Assembly: GCF_005696695.1 (NCBI RefSeq)
Contig: NZ_CP040006.1
Coordinates: 1,170,001 to 1,202,000 of the forward strand
Direction: 5' to 3'
Length of the DNA stretch: 32,000 bases
Origin: Schaalia odontolytica
Lineage (GTDB): Bacteria > Actinomycetota > Actinomycetes > Actinomycetales > Actinomycetaceae
The translations under genes and the position numbers were made by a program. Shown here piece by piece: positions 30,341-32,000 of this stretch. The notes under the pieces are model-generated. The model was given only the letters and a program-made list of their open reading frames with translations. It was not told where the DNA came from and did not search any database. The first letter of the stretch is position 1. Every line of letters begins with the position of its first letter.

Positions 30341-31809
30341 GCGAGAGGCGTTACGCGGACGGCTACCGCAAGCTGCGCAAGGCCGATGAGCCCCGTCGTA
30401 TTGCCTACGACGTTCTTCACGAGGTCGAGACCCAGGGCGCGTTCGCAAACATCGTGTTGCCGAAGGTTCTGCGTCAGGCCCGGCGTGACGGTCACTTCTC
30501 CGATCGCGATGCTGCCTTCACCTCCGAGCTCGTCCACGGCACGCTGCGTGCAATCGGTCGACTCGACTGGGTGATCTCCCGTCATATCGACCGTCCCCTG
30601 GCTGATCTCGATCCGCGTGCGCTCGTCGTTCTGCGTATGGGCGCCCACCAGCTCCTCGACATGCGAGTGCCTGATCATGCTGCTGTGTCGGCGACTGTGG
30701 ACATCGCGCGTGAGCACCTGACGGATGGCCCCGTGCGTTTCGTCAATGCCGTGTTGCGCTCGATCACCCGCGAGGATCCGTCCGAGCGTGAGGCAGCCAT
30801 GGATGCCATCGCCAATGAGGATGAGGCTCTCGGCGTGCGTTTCTCGCACCCGGCGTGGATGGTCGCTGCGTTCCGTGAGGCCCTGAAGGCCCACGGCTAC
30901 CCCGAGGATGAACTTCTCGACGTTCTCGAGGCTGATAACGAGGTTCCCACGGTCACTCTGGTGGCTCGCCCGTCGTTGATGAGCGTCGATGAACTCGCCG
31001 ACGAGGCCGAGGATATTCTCGACACACGCGTCGCCCTGGGTGCTGTCTCCCCGTATGCAGTGCTCCTCGAATCCGGTGATCCGGCGCGCCTGCCCTCGAT
31101 TCGCGACGGCCGTGCCGGCGCACAGGATGAGGGATCGCAGCTTGCGGCGCTCATCGCCGCGTCCGCACCGCTCGAGGGCGGCTCCGACGAGCGCTGGCTC
31201 GACCTGTGTGCGGGTCCCGGCGGTAAGGCCGCGCTTCTCGCCGGCCTTGCTGCAGGCGTGGGAGCACGTGTGACCGCCAACGAAGTGCACCCGCACCGCG
31301 CCCGCCTCGTGGAGCGCACGACACGCCAGTTCGACTCCATCGAGGTCGTGAGCGGCGACGGTCGTACCTTCGGTGGCGGTCAGAGCGCATGGCCCCTCGG
31401 CTCATTTGACCGTGTCGTCGTCGATGCCCCCTGCTCGGGCATGGGCTCGATGCGCCGACGCCCCGAGTCCCGTTGGAACCGCACGCCCGCGGACGTGGAG
31501 GAGCTGACTGTTCTCCAGCGCGAACTCCTCGATCGAGCAGTCGCGCTGACACGCCCCGGAGGCGTTCTCACATACATCACGTGTTCGCCGCACGCGGCCG
31601 AGACGCGTGAACAGGTTGAGCGTCTGCTCAAGGCCGGCGAGGTTGAGCTGCTTGACACCGTGGCGCTCGCAAACGAATGCGCACCTGAAGCGCTGGACGT
31701 GCCGGCATCTGCGGGCGTTATCAAGGGGTTTAGCGGTCGGACGCTCCAGCTCTGGGATCACCGTTTCGGCACGGATCTAATGTTTGTAGCCTGCCTGCGC
31801 AAGCGCTAG
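30337..31809 (+). CDS. rsmB: 16S rRNA (cytosine-C5)-methyltransferase RsmB/Sun family
   Basis: An N-terminal NusB-like domain is followed by a SAM methyltransferase core with DLCAGPGGK, DAPCSGMG and the catalytic YITCSPH. ATGA overlap with fmt. Confidence 0.9.
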   Translation: MSERRYADGYRKLRKADEPRRIAYDVLHEVETQGAFANIVLPKVLRQARRDGHFSDRDAAFTSELVHGTLRAIGRLDWVISRHIDRPLADLDPRALVVLRMGAHQLLDMRVPDHAAVSATVDIAREHLTDGPVRFVNAVLRSITREDPSEREAAMDAIANEDEALGVRFSHPAWMVAAFREALKAHGYPEDELLDVLEADNEVPTVTLVARPSLMSVDELADEAEDILDTRVALGAVSPYAVLLESGDPARLPSIRDGRAGAQDEGSQLAALIAASAPLEGGSDERWLDLCAGPGGKAALLAGLAAGVGARVTANEVHPHRARLVERTTRQFDSIEVVSGDGRTFGGGQSAWPLGSFDRVVVDAPCSGMGSMRRRPESRWNRTPADVEELTVLQRELLDRAVALTRPGGVLTYITCSPHAAETREQVERLLKAGEVELLDTVALANECAPEALDVPASAGVIKGFSGRTLQLWDHRFGTDLMFVACLRKR

Positions 31810-31819
31810 CATATGCGTT

Positions 31820-32000
31820 ATGAACGCCACAATTAGCCCGTCGATCCTCAACTGCGACATCGCTGACCTGCGCGGTGAGCTCACCAAGATCGCAGGAGCG
31901 GATATCGCTCACGTCGACGTCATGGACAACCATTTCGTCCCCAACCTGTCGTGGGGTCTGCCCGTCGCGGAGGCTGTCGTCAAGTCCGGCATTCTGCCGG
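31820..32000 (+). CDS. rpe: Ribulose-phosphate 3-epimerase (5' part; continues beyond the window)
   Basis: Manual translation gives MNATISPSILNCDIADLRGELTKIAGADIAHVDVMDNHFVPNLSWGLPVAEAVVKSGILP, the classic Rpe N-terminus. It follows rsmB, as in other actinobacteria. Confidence 0.85.
   Translation, partial: MNATISPSILNCDIADLRGELTKIAGADIAHVDVMDNHFVPNLSWGLPVAEAVVKSGILP

Overview
This is a high-GC actinobacterial chromosomal window. Spot counts of single 60-nt lines give about 65% GC in core genes. It is almost entirely plus-strand and made of tightly packed, often translationally coupled housekeeping operons.

Left to right:
1. The tail of an upstream CDS.
2. A pupylation operon, arc-dop-pup-pafA plus a membrane-anchored FKBP-like protein, with no prcB/prcA proteasome genes.
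3. aroC-aroK-aroB plus a divergent second shikimate-kinase-like P-loop gene, then efp-nusB.
4. A roughly 4.2-kb lower-GC accessory islet between nusB and pyrR. It holds a DUF2249-like small protein (minus strand), a UhpT-like sugar-phosphate:Pi antiporter, an IMPase-family phosphatase and a LacI-family regulator (minus strand).
5. pyrR-pyrB-pyrC-carA-carB-pyrF, preceded by a PyrR-type RNA site.
6. mihF-gmk-rpoZ-coaBC-metK-VKOR-priA-fmt-rsmB and the start of rpe.

I saw no rRNA, tRNA, CRISPR array, transposase or integrase. I do not see a convincing wholly new multi-gene system. The most unusual signals are listed below:
- A 40-bp perfect palindrome built from two CsoR/RicR-type operator-like sites in the islet's divergent promoter region.
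- The UhpT/IMPase/LacI module.
- A degenerate aroK paralog with an internal 8-codon duplication.
- A PriA homolog without Walker A/B motifs.
- An ARC ATPase lacking the proteasome-docking C-terminus.

All protein calls rest on motif recognition and synteny by eye; no alignments or searches were run.
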